Of a DNA stretch of 64,000 bases, positions 1 to 9,762 are shown one piece after another (position 1 is the first letter of the stretch; every line of letters begins with the position of its first letter). The translations under genes were made by a program, and so were the position numbers. The DNA comes from an uncultured Candidatus Entotheonella sp. (GTDB lineage: Bacteria > Tectomicrobia > Entotheonellia > Entotheonellales > Entotheonellaceae), in assembly GCA_965217185.1 (NCBI GenBank), contig OZ244252.1, positions 1,344,001 through 1,408,000 on the forward strand, read 5' to 3'. The notes beneath the pieces are model-generated. The model was given only the letters and a program-made list of their open reading frames with translations. It made no database searches and was not told the origin of the DNA.

Positions 1-589
1 AAGGCAGGTTGAACCCGTCGGCGTATTGAGCGGCCATGCGTGGCGTGCGTTTGGGACCGCGCCCGCCGATCCAGATAGGTAGCTTGCCGTTGACGGGTTT
101 CGGCGCACAGACGGCGCCCTGCAGGTTGTAGTATTTCCCCGCGAAATGGGTCACGGGTTCCTCGAACAGTGATTTGATAACCTGGACCGCCTCTTCCATC
201 TGGTCCAGCCGCTCCTTGATGGGTGGGAAACCGTAGCCGAACTCGCGAAACTCTTCCTCGAACCAGCCCCCACCCAGACCCAGCTCGCAGCGCCCGCCGC
301 TGATGTGGTCGACCGTAATCGCTGCCTTTGCCAATAGTCCCGGATTGCGAAACAAGGTGCAGAACACCAAGCAGCCGACCCGCGCCCGAGACGTCACGGC
401 CGCCAACGTCGCCATCGCGGCGACGGCTTCGAAGCACAGGTTGTCGCGGCTCTCGAGCGGGTTGGCGTAAAAATGATCCCACACGGAAATCCAATGAAAT
501 CCGGCCTCGTCGGCCTGTTTCCACAGTCGCTTCAGGTCGTCCATCGGCAAGTCTTGCGGTCCTGCGTGCACGCCCAACTTGATACTCAT
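1..589 (-). CDS. LLM-class (luciferase-like) F420-dependent oxidoreductase, 3' end outside window
   Basis: Manual translation from ATG 589: [15 protein letters not shown]...WISVWDHFY...[34 protein letters not shown]...[13 protein letters not shown], typical LLM motifs; not in the ORF track because it runs off the edge. Confidence 0.9.
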   Translation of the reverse strand, partial: [196 protein letters not shown]

Positions 590-822
590 GGATTACGGCT
601 CCTTTCGCTTTGACCCAGCGGGATGGTGGCTTGGACTTGGATAAGGTCGTGGTGGATGAGGCGCGGCAGTATAGCATGCGGTCTTTCGGGCTCCGGCTCG
701 TTTGCAAAATGCCTGTGTACTTCCTATTCTGAACGCCCATCGGCCGCCACGTCGCACGGCCAACATGGTCGGTCGTAAGCATCTCACAACAAGGCAAAGA
801 ATCCTGAATCGGGGAGGTATGG

Positions 823-1824
823 GTGGCAACGTTCAAAGTCGTTACCGGGAAGATGTCGGGACCCTTGGCGGATCTCGGCGGGATAAATTACGAGATGGAA
901 CGCGAGGCTCTGGAACCCATCGGCGCAGAAATCGTCGTGTTGGACGCCTCCGACGAGGACGCGTTTATCGCCCAAGCCAAGGACGCCGATGCCATCATTG
1001 GCCGCGGCGTGCGCCTGACGCCGAAAACCCTGGCAGCGCTGGAAAAATGCAAGGTCATCGCGGGTTCCGGCGTCGGCTTCGACTACGTGGACGTCCCCGC
1101 CGCCACACGGGCGGGCATTGTCGTCACCAATGTACCGGACGTGTTCATCGAAGAAGTCGCCGACCACGCCATGACCCTGCTGCTCGCCTGCTGGCGGCGT
1201 CTCATCACGCAGGACCGTATCGTGCGCGAGGGCCGTTGGGGCGACGGCCGCGAGGAGCTATCCAAGCACGCGCGCCTGCAGGGACAGACCCTGGGCTTCA
1301 TCTCCTTCGGCAATATCCCGCGGCTGATTACCAAGCGTGCCAAGGCTTTCGGCCTGCACGTCATCGCCTTCGACCCTTTCATTCACGAGCACGTCATGCA
1401 GCAATACGAGGTCGGCGTCACGGGCAGTCTGCAAGAGTTACTGCAAACCGCTGACTTTGTCTCCATGCACGTGCCGCTGTCCCCTGCCACGCAGGCTATG
1501 TTTACGGAGCCGCATTTTCACGCCATGAAGCCGACGGCGATTTTCATCAGCACCGGTCGAGGTCCGACGGTAGACGAAAAGGCCCTGATCAAGGCGCTTC
1601 AGGAAGGATGGATTGCCGGAGCCGGCCTTGACGTGTTCGAACAAGAGCCTGTGAGCACCGATAACCCGCTGCTCAAAATGGACAACGTCATCCTGTCGGC
1701 ACACGTGGCCTCGGCCTCCTCGCGCATGATGCCCGAGGCGCGTCGGCGGGCCGGGCGCGAGATCGCCGCCGTCCTTCAGGGGCGTCGTCCCCTCTCCCCG
1801 GTCAATCCGCAGGCGCTGACATAG
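823..1824 (+). CDS. D-isomer-specific 2-hydroxyacid dehydrogenase (CtBP-like)
   Basis: GVGFDYVD, VTNVPD, FGNIP Rossmann variant, TGRG, LDVFEQEP, SAHVAS; GGAGG RBS upstream. Confidence 0.9.
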   Translation: MATFKVVTGKMSGPLADLGGINYEMEREALEPIGAEIVVLDASDEDAFIAQAKDADAIIGRGVRLTPKTLAALEKCKVIAGSGVGFDYVDVPAATRAGIVVTNVPDVFIEEVADHAMTLLLACWRRLITQDRIVREGRWGDGREELSKHARLQGQTLGFISFGNIPRLITKRAKAFGLHVIAFDPFIHEHVMQQYEVGVTGSLQELLQTADFVSMHVPLSPATQAMFTEPHFHAMKPTAIFISTGRGPTVDEKALIKALQEGWIAGAGLDVFEQEPVSTDNPLLKMDNVILSAHVASASSRMMPEARRRAGREIAAVLQGRRPLSPVNPQALT

Positions 1825-1835
1825 ACGTGTAAGCT

Positions 1836-2474
1836 TTACGACGTTGTTTCATTCAGTGTTGCCGCGATGCGGGCCGTCACGATCTCCGGCGCGGTGTCGC
1901 CGTCGATGCGCTTTAGCAACCCCTGATCGCTGTAGAACGGGATGATGGGTGCCGTTTCGGCGTGGTACTTCTCTAGGCGGGCTGTGCAGGCTGACTCGGT
2001 ATCGTCCTTGCGTTGCACGACGCGACCGGCGATGTCTGCGGGTGGCGGCCTGAACTGGACGTGGTAGATGTCACCGGTCTCGGGGTCCATGCGCCGGCCG
2101 GTGACGCGCTCCAGAATGCGGCCGTCCGGCACCTCGATCAACACCACGGCGTCGAGGGCCACGGCGGCCTTTTCCAGATCGACGGCCAGTGCTTCGGCCT
2201 GCGGTCGGGTGCGTGGAAAGCCGTCGAGGATGAACCCCTTGGCGCAGTCCGGCTGCGCCGTTCGCTCAATGATCAACGCAATGACCAATTCGTCGGGCAC
2301 CAGTTGGCCGGCCTTCATGAAGCCGTCCGCCTGCTTGCCCAACGCCGTGCCGGCGGCCACCGCGGCTCGCAGCATGTCGCCGCTCGAAATGTGCGGAATC
2401 TGGAATCGTTCTACCAGGTATTCGGCTTGGGTTCCCTTGCCCGCTCCCGGCGGACCGATCAGGATCAAACGCAT
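1836..2474 (-). CDS. adk: Adenylate kinase
   Basis: MRLILIGPPGAGKGTQA P-loop, ISSGDMLR, GFILDGFPRT, LID region; start placed at ATG 2474 rather than the longer ORF-track start. Confidence 0.95.
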   Translation of the reverse strand: MRLILIGPPGAGKGTQAEYLVERFQIPHISSGDMLRAAVAAGTALGKQADGFMKAGQLVPDELVIALIIERTAQPDCAKGFILDGFPRTRPQAEALAVDLEKAAVALDAVVLIEVPDGRILERVTGRRMDPETGDIYHVQFRPPPADIAGRVVQRKDDTESACTARLEKYHAETAPIIPFYSDQGLLKRIDGDTAPEIVTARIAATLNETTS

Positions 2475-2728
2475 AGTTGGGTGCTCACTATCTGTTGACT
2501 GTTTAAGGTTGGCGAATGATTTATTGATGGAAGACGGGACGTTTTCAATCTGTTGCCACGCCGCCCCAATATACATAGCGGCTCGCCGCCTTGCTAGACC
2601 TGTGGAATGCAATGCGTGTAGAATTGCTTTACCTCAAGCTGATCCCTGAGGGCATGGCAGCGCGGCTCATGATCCGGTCTCGATATCCTGACCGGGCAGA
2701 TGAACACCTCACGCGTAAGGAGAGCGTT

Positions 2729-3877
2729 TTGCAGTACAACCTTATTTCCGGCGACAACCATATTGACTTGACCTATTGTCCACCCGATTTGTGGTCGGCC
2801 GATGCGCCGGCCAAGTGGAGACTACTCGTTCCGCGGGTGGAGGAATTGGACGACGGCCTGCACTGGTTTGTGGAAGGCCAGGACAAGGGCATGTGGAACG
2901 GTGTCGGACCCGGTTTTCTAAAGTACCAGAAGGGTATGTTCGCTCGCATCGATACCATGAAGGACCTGGGTTTTGGGTGGGGCCATGATTGGGAAGCCAG
3001 CCCGCGCCCGACCACGCCGGAATTGCGGCTCGAAGACCTGGACCGGGACGGCGTCGACGCGGAAATCGTCTATGGCTGCCTGTTGGTCAACGATCTTATC
3101 CCCGACGGCGACCGCCGCGCCTGGGCATACCGGCGGTATAACGACTGGGTAGCCGACTTCGCCAAGCGCTCCGACCCGAATCGTGTCTTCCCACTGGCCG
3201 TCATCCCGAACAACGATCCGCAGGAAGGTGCGGCGGAAATCCGCCGCTGCGCTAAGATGGGCCTGAAGGGCGGCGACCTGCCCGTCAAACGGATGAGCGT
3301 GCCCCTGTGGCATCACGATTGGTACCACGTATGGGAAGCTGCTGCCGAGTGCAACTTCCCCATCTCCTTCCACTCCACTGGTTTCAAGGGTCTGCGGGCG
3401 CCTGACACGCCGGGGATGGAGGAGGAATACGCGATCGAATGGCGTCTGTTGCGCTCGGCGCTTTTCCAATTGGACGGGATGGAAGTCCTCGTGGCCCTGA
3501 TCATTTCAGGGGCTTGCGAGAAGTACCCCAATCTCAAGTTCATCCTCGGCGAGTCCGGCGTCACCTGGATACCCTACGTCCTCGATCGCCTTGATACCGA
3601 GTATGAGGACCGCGCCCGCGAGCTGGGCTTCTCGATGAAGCCGAGCGACTACTTCCGGCGCAACGGGTATACCACGTACCAGCAGGATGAGTTCATCTCG
3701 ACGATCATTCCGCTGGTGGGTGAGGACAACATCATCTGGGGCGCGGACTACCCGCATCCGGACTGCATCTGGCCCGATTCACGGCATCACCTTGAGGTCA
3801 ACCTCAGCGACGTGTCGGCCAGCGTGCAGCGCAAGATTACCTGCGAAAACGTGATCAAGTTGTACGATCTTGCCTGA
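2729..3877 (+). CDS. Amidohydrolase_2 family protein
   Basis: ISGDNH, YNDW, SFHS, GESG, WGADYPHPD motifs; AAGGAG RBS before TTG 2729. Confidence 0.88.
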   Translation: MQYNLISGDNHIDLTYCPPDLWSADAPAKWRLLVPRVEELDDGLHWFVEGQDKGMWNGVGPGFLKYQKGMFARIDTMKDLGFGWGHDWEASPRPTTPELRLEDLDRDGVDAEIVYGCLLVNDLIPDGDRRAWAYRRYNDWVADFAKRSDPNRVFPLAVIPNNDPQEGAAEIRRCAKMGLKGGDLPVKRMSVPLWHHDWYHVWEAAAECNFPISFHSTGFKGLRAPDTPGMEEEYAIEWRLLRSALFQLDGMEVLVALIISGACEKYPNLKFILGESGVTWIPYVLDRLDTEYEDRARELGFSMKPSDYFRRNGYTTYQQDEFISTIIPLVGEDNIIWGADYPHPDCIWPDSRHHLEVNLSDVSASVQRKITCENVIKLYDLA

Positions 3878-3931
3878 GCACGTTGTTGGTTCCGAGTGTT
3901 CGCATCTTGATTGACCAACTGCCCAAGGGTG

Positions 3932-4936
3932 CTAGCCTCTGGGCAGTTGGTGCCTCGGGTTGGGGTGGGCAAGGACGTCCTTGTTCACCAGATTCTCGGG
4001 CATCCTGCCTTGCAAGACCGCGGCGACTTCCCCTGCCGCGCGTTCCTCCAGTTCCAGTACCGCTTCTTCCGAGAAAAACGCTACGTGCGGCGTGATGATG
4101 GCATTCTCCAGGCCCAGCAACGGGTGGTCGGGGGCCGGGTGCGCTTCGACCAGCACGTCCAATCCGGCCCCGCCGATACGGTTGTTTGTCAGGGCGTCGT
4201 ACAGGGCGTCCTCGTCGATCAATGGGCCGCGCGCGCAGTTGATGAGGAACGCCGTCGGCTTCATGAGGTCGAGTTCGGCCGGGCCGATCATGTTTCTCGT
4301 CTCGGGGATCAGCGGCGAGTGCAGGGTCACGAAATCCGATTCCTTCAGCAGGGTCGGCATGTCTACCATTTTGCCGCCGAGCTTCGTTGCTGTTTCGGCG
4401 GGCACGAACGGGTCGCAGGCCAGGATCTCGAAGCCAAAGGCCAGCGCCTTCCGGCACACCGCTTGGCCGATACGGCCAAAACCGACGATGCCCAGCTTCT
4501 TGCCGCGCAGCCTCATGATGGGCATGGTCAGAGACAGGCTGCCCCAGCCGGAGATTTTGACCAGTCGGTCGAAATACGCAATGCGCCGGTTCCAGGTCAT
4601 CAGCAGCCCCATGACGTGATCGGAGACCTCCTCGACGCAGTAGTCCGGCACGTAGGTAACCGCCATGCCCAGTTCCGTTGCCGTGTCCACCGCGATGTTG
4701 TCTACCCCAACCCCGTAGCGTCCAACCACGACGCATTTCTCCGCCGCTCGCAGGACGGTATCGGTAACCTGCGCGAAGCACGTCAGAATGCCGTCAACGT
4801 CCCTCGCGAATTCGGCAAGGGTGGCCTCGCTGCCGTCCGGCGCCACCACGAGCTCGGCCCCGATCTGAGCCAGCACCGCCTTTTCTGGCTCTACGGAGGG
4901 CCACACGTAATCCGTCACTAATACCTTGTAAGCCAT
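3932..4936 (-). CDS. D-isomer-specific 2-hydroxyacid dehydrogenase (CtBP-like)
   Basis: RYGVGVDN, GFGRIG, INCARG, ITPHVAF; AAGGAG RBS overlapping the upstream stop codon. Confidence 0.9.
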   Translation of the reverse strand: MAYKVLVTDYVWPSVEPEKAVLAQIGAELVVAPDGSEATLAEFARDVDGILTCFAQVTDTVLRAAEKCVVVGRYGVGVDNIAVDTATELGMAVTYVPDYCVEEVSDHVMGLLMTWNRRIAYFDRLVKISGWGSLSLTMPIMRLRGKKLGIVGFGRIGQAVCRKALAFGFEILACDPFVPAETATKLGGKMVDMPTLLKESDFVTLHSPLIPETRNMIGPAELDLMKPTAFLINCARGPLIDEDALYDALTNNRIGGAGLDVLVEAHPAPDHPLLGLENAIITPHVAFFSEEAVLELEERAAGEVAAVLQGRMPENLVNKDVLAHPNPRHQLPRG

Positions 4937-4946
4937 GGGTTCTCCT

Positions 4947-5411
4947 TCACCGCACACATAGCCTTCTTTGATTCAGAAGCCGTCTGTGACTTTCCTGGAA
5001 ATCGTTGCTCTGCTTCGTCGAATAAACCTTTCCTCTGGGCCGGTCGATGAGTTGTTTGTCCCCGAAATCGTGTCTCAGGTCATCATCGTTGGAATACAGC
5101 AGGCGAGCGTTGCTGAGTTGCGCCAATGCCACGATGTGCGGGTCGTTAGATCGACATACGCCCGCATTTCTGAGAGTCGCCGTCCGCTTGTCCACTTCCC
5201 GGTCGTTGACGCTTCTCGCCCTGCCCTGAAGCAGCGCCTGCTGCAACCAGAGCCGGAACGCATGGTTCCTTCCAAGTTCTACGCGCAACTGACCCCCGAC
5301 GACCAACTGACCTCTTCGCGAGTCAATCCACCTGCGGAACGCCACCCCGGCCGGGGGCCGGTCTCGTCCGAACACTTGATACGCGACGTCATTGTCAAGG
5401 ATAGCGCACAT
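4947..5411 (-). CDS. PIN-domain-like protein (putative RNase)
   Basis: Acidic quartet pattern: ILDND (N-terminal strand), VEL, SNDPHIVALA, LLYSNDDDL. Confidence 0.65.
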   Translation of the reverse strand: MCAILDNDVAYQVFGRDRPPAGVAFRRWIDSRRGQLVVGGQLRVELGRNHAFRLWLQQALLQGRARSVNDREVDKRTATLRNAGVCRSNDPHIVALAQLSNARLLYSNDDDLRHDFGDKQLIDRPRGKVYSTKQSNDFQESHRRLLNQRRLCVR

Positions 5412-5413
5412 GA

Positions 5414-6763
5414 CTACAGGCCAATCGAACGGTTGGTTTCTTCCATAAAGAATTGTCGGTAGCCGTCAGGGGCGCCCAAGATGTTTCCCTCTTCGTCGAT
5501 TCGGAGCGAGTGAATCCGAACGTCCAGATCGCCACGTTCAAAGTAGAGAATGGATACGTCCTCAGGTCTCAGTGTGGTTGTCTTGTCCCGGACGTCCATA
5601 CGCACCCGGTCGATAAGGTGGTCGCTGTGTGTTTCGACAACTAGTAGCCGTTCCGATCCAGCCACATGACAGAACAAGCTTCCAAGAGCGGCTTGCGCAC
5701 TCGGATGCAGGTGTATCTCCGGCTGCTGCAACAAAAACAAGAATGGTGCGTCTGGGCGCAGCAACTCGGTAATCACCGGGAGCACCTGACTGACGCCATA
5801 GCCCACGTCAATGAGATTGCGTTGAGGCCCTTTCAGGCGGGCCCCAAATCTTCTCACCTGCAACTGGAAGGGCTCACTGTCTCTCTTGCCCAGTGGCCGG
5901 ATGGAGATTTCATCGAAGAGACCAGCCGCTTTTCCGAAGTCTTCCAACCGTTGCTTGAGTTCCCGCCATTTGTCCCGTTCCTGAAAATATGTGTTGGCAA
6001 GCAACATGGGGACGTAGTTGCCTTCCGGGTCCGATGTGAGTCGAGAAGGGTCATAGGTACGACGCGGTTTTGTACGCACTGGTGCACTCGCGAACAAGAG
6101 TGGTGCAAGAGACCAAAATTCGTTAACAAGCAGACCGTAGATCAGTTTCTCATCCTCCGAGTTAAAGGCCGGAGATCCTGACATTGGTATGAATTTCCTG
6201 TCTTGTTTTTGCTCGTCCTTCGAAAACGAAGACCTTAAGGTGTGAATGAGAGGTGCCAATAGGTCGTCATCAAGGTCGAATCCGGCAGCGGCATCAGTTG
6301 GCACTTTTTTCTCCCAACTTCCCCTGTAAGTCCCAATCCGAAGGATATAAGGCTGGCCTGTTTCGAAGCATTCATCGGCCCAAGTGCTCCCCATTGAGAA
6401 ACATCTTCGCACCGGAACTGGTGCCGTGCCTCTTTTCCCAAACGTGACACTAAAATGGCGAGTCATGCCATCAACGGTCTGCCCTTTGGGTCCTATGACG
6501 CGAAACCCTGCTTCAAACGTCTTAGCCCTACCTCCACTGGCGCCTCGGCGATGGGTAATTTCATCAAAGCTTCCCAAATCATAGGGTTCTTCCTTAAAGT
6601 CTGGATTCCGAAAGCCGAGAGCTACGTCCACGAGTGCCCGGATTATGGCCAGAAAGGATGTTTTGCCGGTGCTGTTTTCACCCACGAGCAAGGTTAAGGG
6701 CGCCAAGCGGGCGGTCTGTCTATTGCGGAAGCACCGGAAGTTTTCGAGAGTGATCTCGTACAC
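5414..6763 (-). CDS. AAA_21/ABC-type ATPase with DUF3696-like C-terminus
   Basis: ENFRCF, Walker A GENSTGKT, signature DVGYGVSQVLP, LLQQPEIHLHP, VETHS, C-terminal IDEEGNILGAPDG; GGAGG RBS before GTG 6763. Confidence 0.85.
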   Translation of the reverse strand: MYEITLENFRCFRNRQTARLAPLTLLVGENSTGKTSFLAIIRALVDVALGFRNPDFKEEPYDLGSFDEITHRRGASGGRAKTFEAGFRVIGPKGQTVDGMTRHFSVTFGKRGTAPVPVRRCFSMGSTWADECFETGQPYILRIGTYRGSWEKKVPTDAAAGFDLDDDLLAPLIHTLRSSFSKDEQKQDRKFIPMSGSPAFNSEDEKLIYGLLVNEFWSLAPLLFASAPVRTKPRRTYDPSRLTSDPEGNYVPMLLANTYFQERDKWRELKQRLEDFGKAAGLFDEISIRPLGKRDSEPFQLQVRRFGARLKGPQRNLIDVGYGVSQVLPVITELLRPDAPFLFLLQQPEIHLHPSAQAALGSLFCHVAGSERLLVVETHSDHLIDRVRMDVRDKTTTLRPEDVSILYFERGDLDVRIHSLRIDEEGNILGAPDGYRQFFMEETNRSIGL

Positions 6764-6834
6764 GTCGGTAAGCCTCCATTGCCAGAGTGCGGCTAACAAT
6801 ATGGCTGCGGTGGGCGTTTCGCACCGGATGAGTT

Positions 6835-8460
6835 CTACGGACCAAGCGGCTCGCCCATAGGGTTAAACATACAACCCTCGACAAAGATGTCGAAGAAATC
6901 CGGGGTGGTCTCCAGCTCGACATGCTCGATCCGGGGCGCCAACTCCTCCATGCGTTGCCGTAGGTTGCTGTTGATCAGCATAAGGGTCGCGCCTTCCAGT
7001 GACGCGTTGCCGACTTTGAGGATGCGCTCGGCGGGCATGTTGGCAATGAAGCCGATGTTGATGGCGTTCCCGACGTTGACGTAGTTGGCGAAACCGCCTG
7101 CCAGGTACAGCTTGCGGATTTCGCCAAGCGGCACGCCGTAGCGCCGCAGGGCGATGTACTGGCCCGAGAAATTGGCCGACTTGGCCTGTGCCAGGGCGCT
7201 GATATCGGCGCGTGACAGCGTCATGCCGCTCTCCGGCGCGAAGACGAAAGCGCCTTCGCCGTTCTCATAAGCGCCGAGTTCGTTCATTTTGCCGCAGCGC
7301 CGTAGTTCTGCCAGCAAATCGACGAGGCCGGAGCCGCAAATGCCCTGTGCCGGTGCTCCGCCAATCGTCTTGCAAGTGACGCCATCGTCGCCGATGGTGA
7401 CGGACTCCACGGCGCCGTCGTAACCGGGCATGCCGTACGTTACCTCTCCGCCCTCGAAAGCCGGACCCGCCGGGCACGACGCCGCGATCATGCGGTGGCG
7501 GTTGCCGACGACGACCTCCGTATTGGTGCCGACGTCCACCAGCAGGACAACGTCGTCTTCCTCGTCCAGCCCCACGGCGAGCAAGTCGGCCGCCACGTCA
7601 GCGCCAACGTGTGAACTGATGAGTGGCCCACCGTAGACGTTGGCGCGCGGAAAAATCCGTAGCCCCAGCTCCTTGGCTTTGACGTTCAGCGCGGTGGTCG
7701 CTCGTTGCCCCGACAGCATCTCCAGCTCGGTGATGGACTTGTAGGGCTTTTCGCCGATCGGCTGGACGTCGAACCCGAAGAACAGGTCGCGCATGGTGGC
7801 ATTGCCAACGATGACCACCTCGTAAATTCGCCGCGCTCGCACCTTGAGGCGCCGGCACATATCCCGTATCTCAAAGTTGATACCGGACAAGATGGCCTGT
7901 TGCAACTCACCCCGGAACGGCCCGCCGTCGTAGGATATGCGGTGCATGATGTCGCTGCCGCCAAAGCGTTGCGGGTTTTCGAACGAGCCCGTGTACAGAA
8001 TGTCGCCGCTTTCCAGGTCGACCAGATTCAGCGCGACCGTCGTGGTGCCGAGGTCCACCGCCAACCCGCAGACTTGGCCCCGGTAGTCGTCGAGGCGTTC
8101 GTCACCGAAATACACGCTGTCGCCCCTGCGAATGGTCAGTGGCACCAACGGCACTTGGCGGCGGATGCCATGCGTCAGAATCTTCGGCTGGCGCCGTAAC
8201 ACGGCAAATTCGATATCGGCATCGGGCTCGGCGATCAAGGCTTGGCAGGCAAGGCGGTACGGCTGGCGCAGGAAGCTTTCCGCCTGGGTCGGGGAATTGA
8301 GCGCTGGCATGCCGCGTTTGATTTCGACAATGCACTCGTGGCACTGACCGGTTCTGCCGCACGAGGTGGGCACGCGGACTTTCAAGGTGTCGGCGTAGTC
8401 GAAAACGGACTTGCCGGCAACGGCGTCGAGCCGGTGGGAGTCGTGGTACATGGGTGCCAT
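6835..8460 (-). CDS. ASKHA-family ATPase, reductive activator of corrinoid proteins (RACo/RamA-like) with N-terminal 2Fe-2S domain
   Basis: CGRTGQCHEC...RLACQ ferredoxin motif; DLGTTT, VGNATM, DVGTNTE, AGPAFEGG, GICGSG, LAGGF, GNASLEGA. Confidence 0.92.
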   Translation of the reverse strand: MAPMYHDSHRLDAVAGKSVFDYADTLKVRVPTSCGRTGQCHECIVEIKRGMPALNSPTQAESFLRQPYRLACQALIAEPDADIEFAVLRRQPKILTHGIRRQVPLVPLTIRRGDSVYFGDERLDDYRGQVCGLAVDLGTTTVALNLVDLESGDILYTGSFENPQRFGGSDIMHRISYDGGPFRGELQQAILSGINFEIRDMCRRLKVRARRIYEVVIVGNATMRDLFFGFDVQPIGEKPYKSITELEMLSGQRATTALNVKAKELGLRIFPRANVYGGPLISSHVGADVAADLLAVGLDEEDDVVLLVDVGTNTEVVVGNRHRMIAASCPAGPAFEGGEVTYGMPGYDGAVESVTIGDDGVTCKTIGGAPAQGICGSGLVDLLAELRRCGKMNELGAYENGEGAFVFAPESGMTLSRADISALAQAKSANFSGQYIALRRYGVPLGEIRKLYLAGGFANYVNVGNAINIGFIANMPAERILKVGNASLEGATLMLINSNLRQRMEELAPRIEHVELETTPDFFDIFVEGCMFNPMGEPLGP

Positions 8461-8652
8461 GCAGGCGTCTTCCTATGGAAGGTCTGTTAAGTCCGCCTGC
8501 ACGCCAAGCCAGGTTTGCTCCTGGACCAAGTGCGGGACAGGCGCCGGCACCCAGCCCTGAGCGGCATCACTGGAATCCGGCTGGCGCCGGGATGGCGGTT
8601 TGGGGGTAGTGGGGCAGGACATTTTCATGGTATGGGGTGATTCAGACTTTGC

Positions 8653-8895
8653 CTACGTTTCCCAGGCACTCCGGTAGTCGAGTTTGTCATCGCTCAGGCA
8701 GATGAACAGTTCGCCTTTTGCGACGCTGCGGTCTTGGTTGCGGCAGCCGAAGCCGGCGGTGCAGCGGTCCTCGGCGTTCTTGTACGGGCAGCGCCAGGTT
8801 GACACCTCGCTGGCGGTGTTCGACATGTCCCGGAAGATCGCTTCCAGACGGGCCAGGCTCGCGCGGTACTGCGCTTTGTCTATCTGCTGTGTCAT
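8653..8895 (-). CDS. Small 4-Cys hypothetical protein (80 aa)
   Basis: GGAG RBS then MTQQIDKAQY...RCPYKNAEDRCTAGFGCRNQ...FICLSDDKLDYRSAWET; co-oriented within the operon. Confidence 0.7.
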   Translation of the reverse strand: MTQQIDKAQYRASLARLEAIFRDMSNTASEVSTWRCPYKNAEDRCTAGFGCRNQDRSVAKGELFICLSDDKLDYRSAWET

Positions 8896-8917
8896 GGCGT
8901 TCTCCGACCGGGGCTGT

Positions 8918-9667
8918 CTATGAAGCTTCCGGCATGGCCCCTTCGGCGATGAATGCCTTGGCGAGATCGACGCACGCAATGGCGTTGCCGCCGTAGGCGT
9001 CGGCCCCCATGTCGTCGGCGAATTCCTGCGTCAGCGGCGCGCCGCCCAGCATGATTTTCACCGTGTCGCGGAGCCCTGCTTCCTCGAAAGCCTCGATCGT
9101 CTTGCCCATATTCGGCATGGTGGTGGTCAGCAACGCCGACATGCCGAGGATTTCGGCGCCGTGCTCCATGACGGCATCGATGAACTCATCGGGCTTGGTG
9201 TCCACCCCCAGGTCGTGAACCACAAATCCGGAGCCGCGCAGCATCATGATGCAGAGATTCTTGCCGATGTCGTGCAGGTCACCCTTGACCGTGCCCATGA
9301 TGATCGTGCCCATCGGCTCGATGCCCGACGCCGACAGGATTGGCTCGAGATGGGTCATACCGGCCTTCATGGCGCGCGCCGCCACCAGCACTTCGGGTAC
9401 AAAGATGATGTTGTCGCGGAATTTGATGCCCACGATGGCCATCCCGGCAATGAGGCCATCGTCCAGGATGGTGTTGGCTTGGAACCCATCGTCCAGCGCC
9501 TGCTTGGTCAGCCGGTTTACCTCGTTGTGCTTACCGGTGATCAGGTTGTAGGCGATGTCGTGCATGATGGGGGCCGATTTCTCGAACAGGCTCTGGATGT
9601 GATTGATTTCTGCCGGCTTGGCGACGTGGGCGAATTCCTTCTCCAAGCCTTGGTTATGTATCTGCAT
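8918..9667 (-). CDS. Corrinoid (B12-binding) methyl-carrier protein
   Basis: B12 cap domain (GLIAGMAIVG...FVPEVL), DLHDIGKN His-ligand motif, SALLTTT, MLGGAP. Confidence 0.93.
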   Translation of the reverse strand: MQIHNQGLEKEFAHVAKPAEINHIQSLFEKSAPIMHDIAYNLITGKHNEVNRLTKQALDDGFQANTILDDGLIAGMAIVGIKFRDNIIFVPEVLVAARAMKAGMTHLEPILSASGIEPMGTIIMGTVKGDLHDIGKNLCIMMLRGSGFVVHDLGVDTKPDEFIDAVMEHGAEILGMSALLTTTMPNMGKTIEAFEEAGLRDTVKIMLGGAPLTQEFADDMGADAYGGNAIACVDLAKAFIAEGAMPEAS

Positions 9668-9762
9668 GCCTCATGCTCCTTGGCGCAAATCCCACCTTGG
9701 GGTGTATAGGAACCGACGCGGCGATTGTATCAGGGGGAACGTTGGCGTTCTACCCGGCGTCC

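Noticed and set aside
2475..2728. N-terminal extensions of adk and the amidohydrolase from the ORF track
   Set aside because: The extensions overlap each other; family motifs and the RBS support the shorter starts
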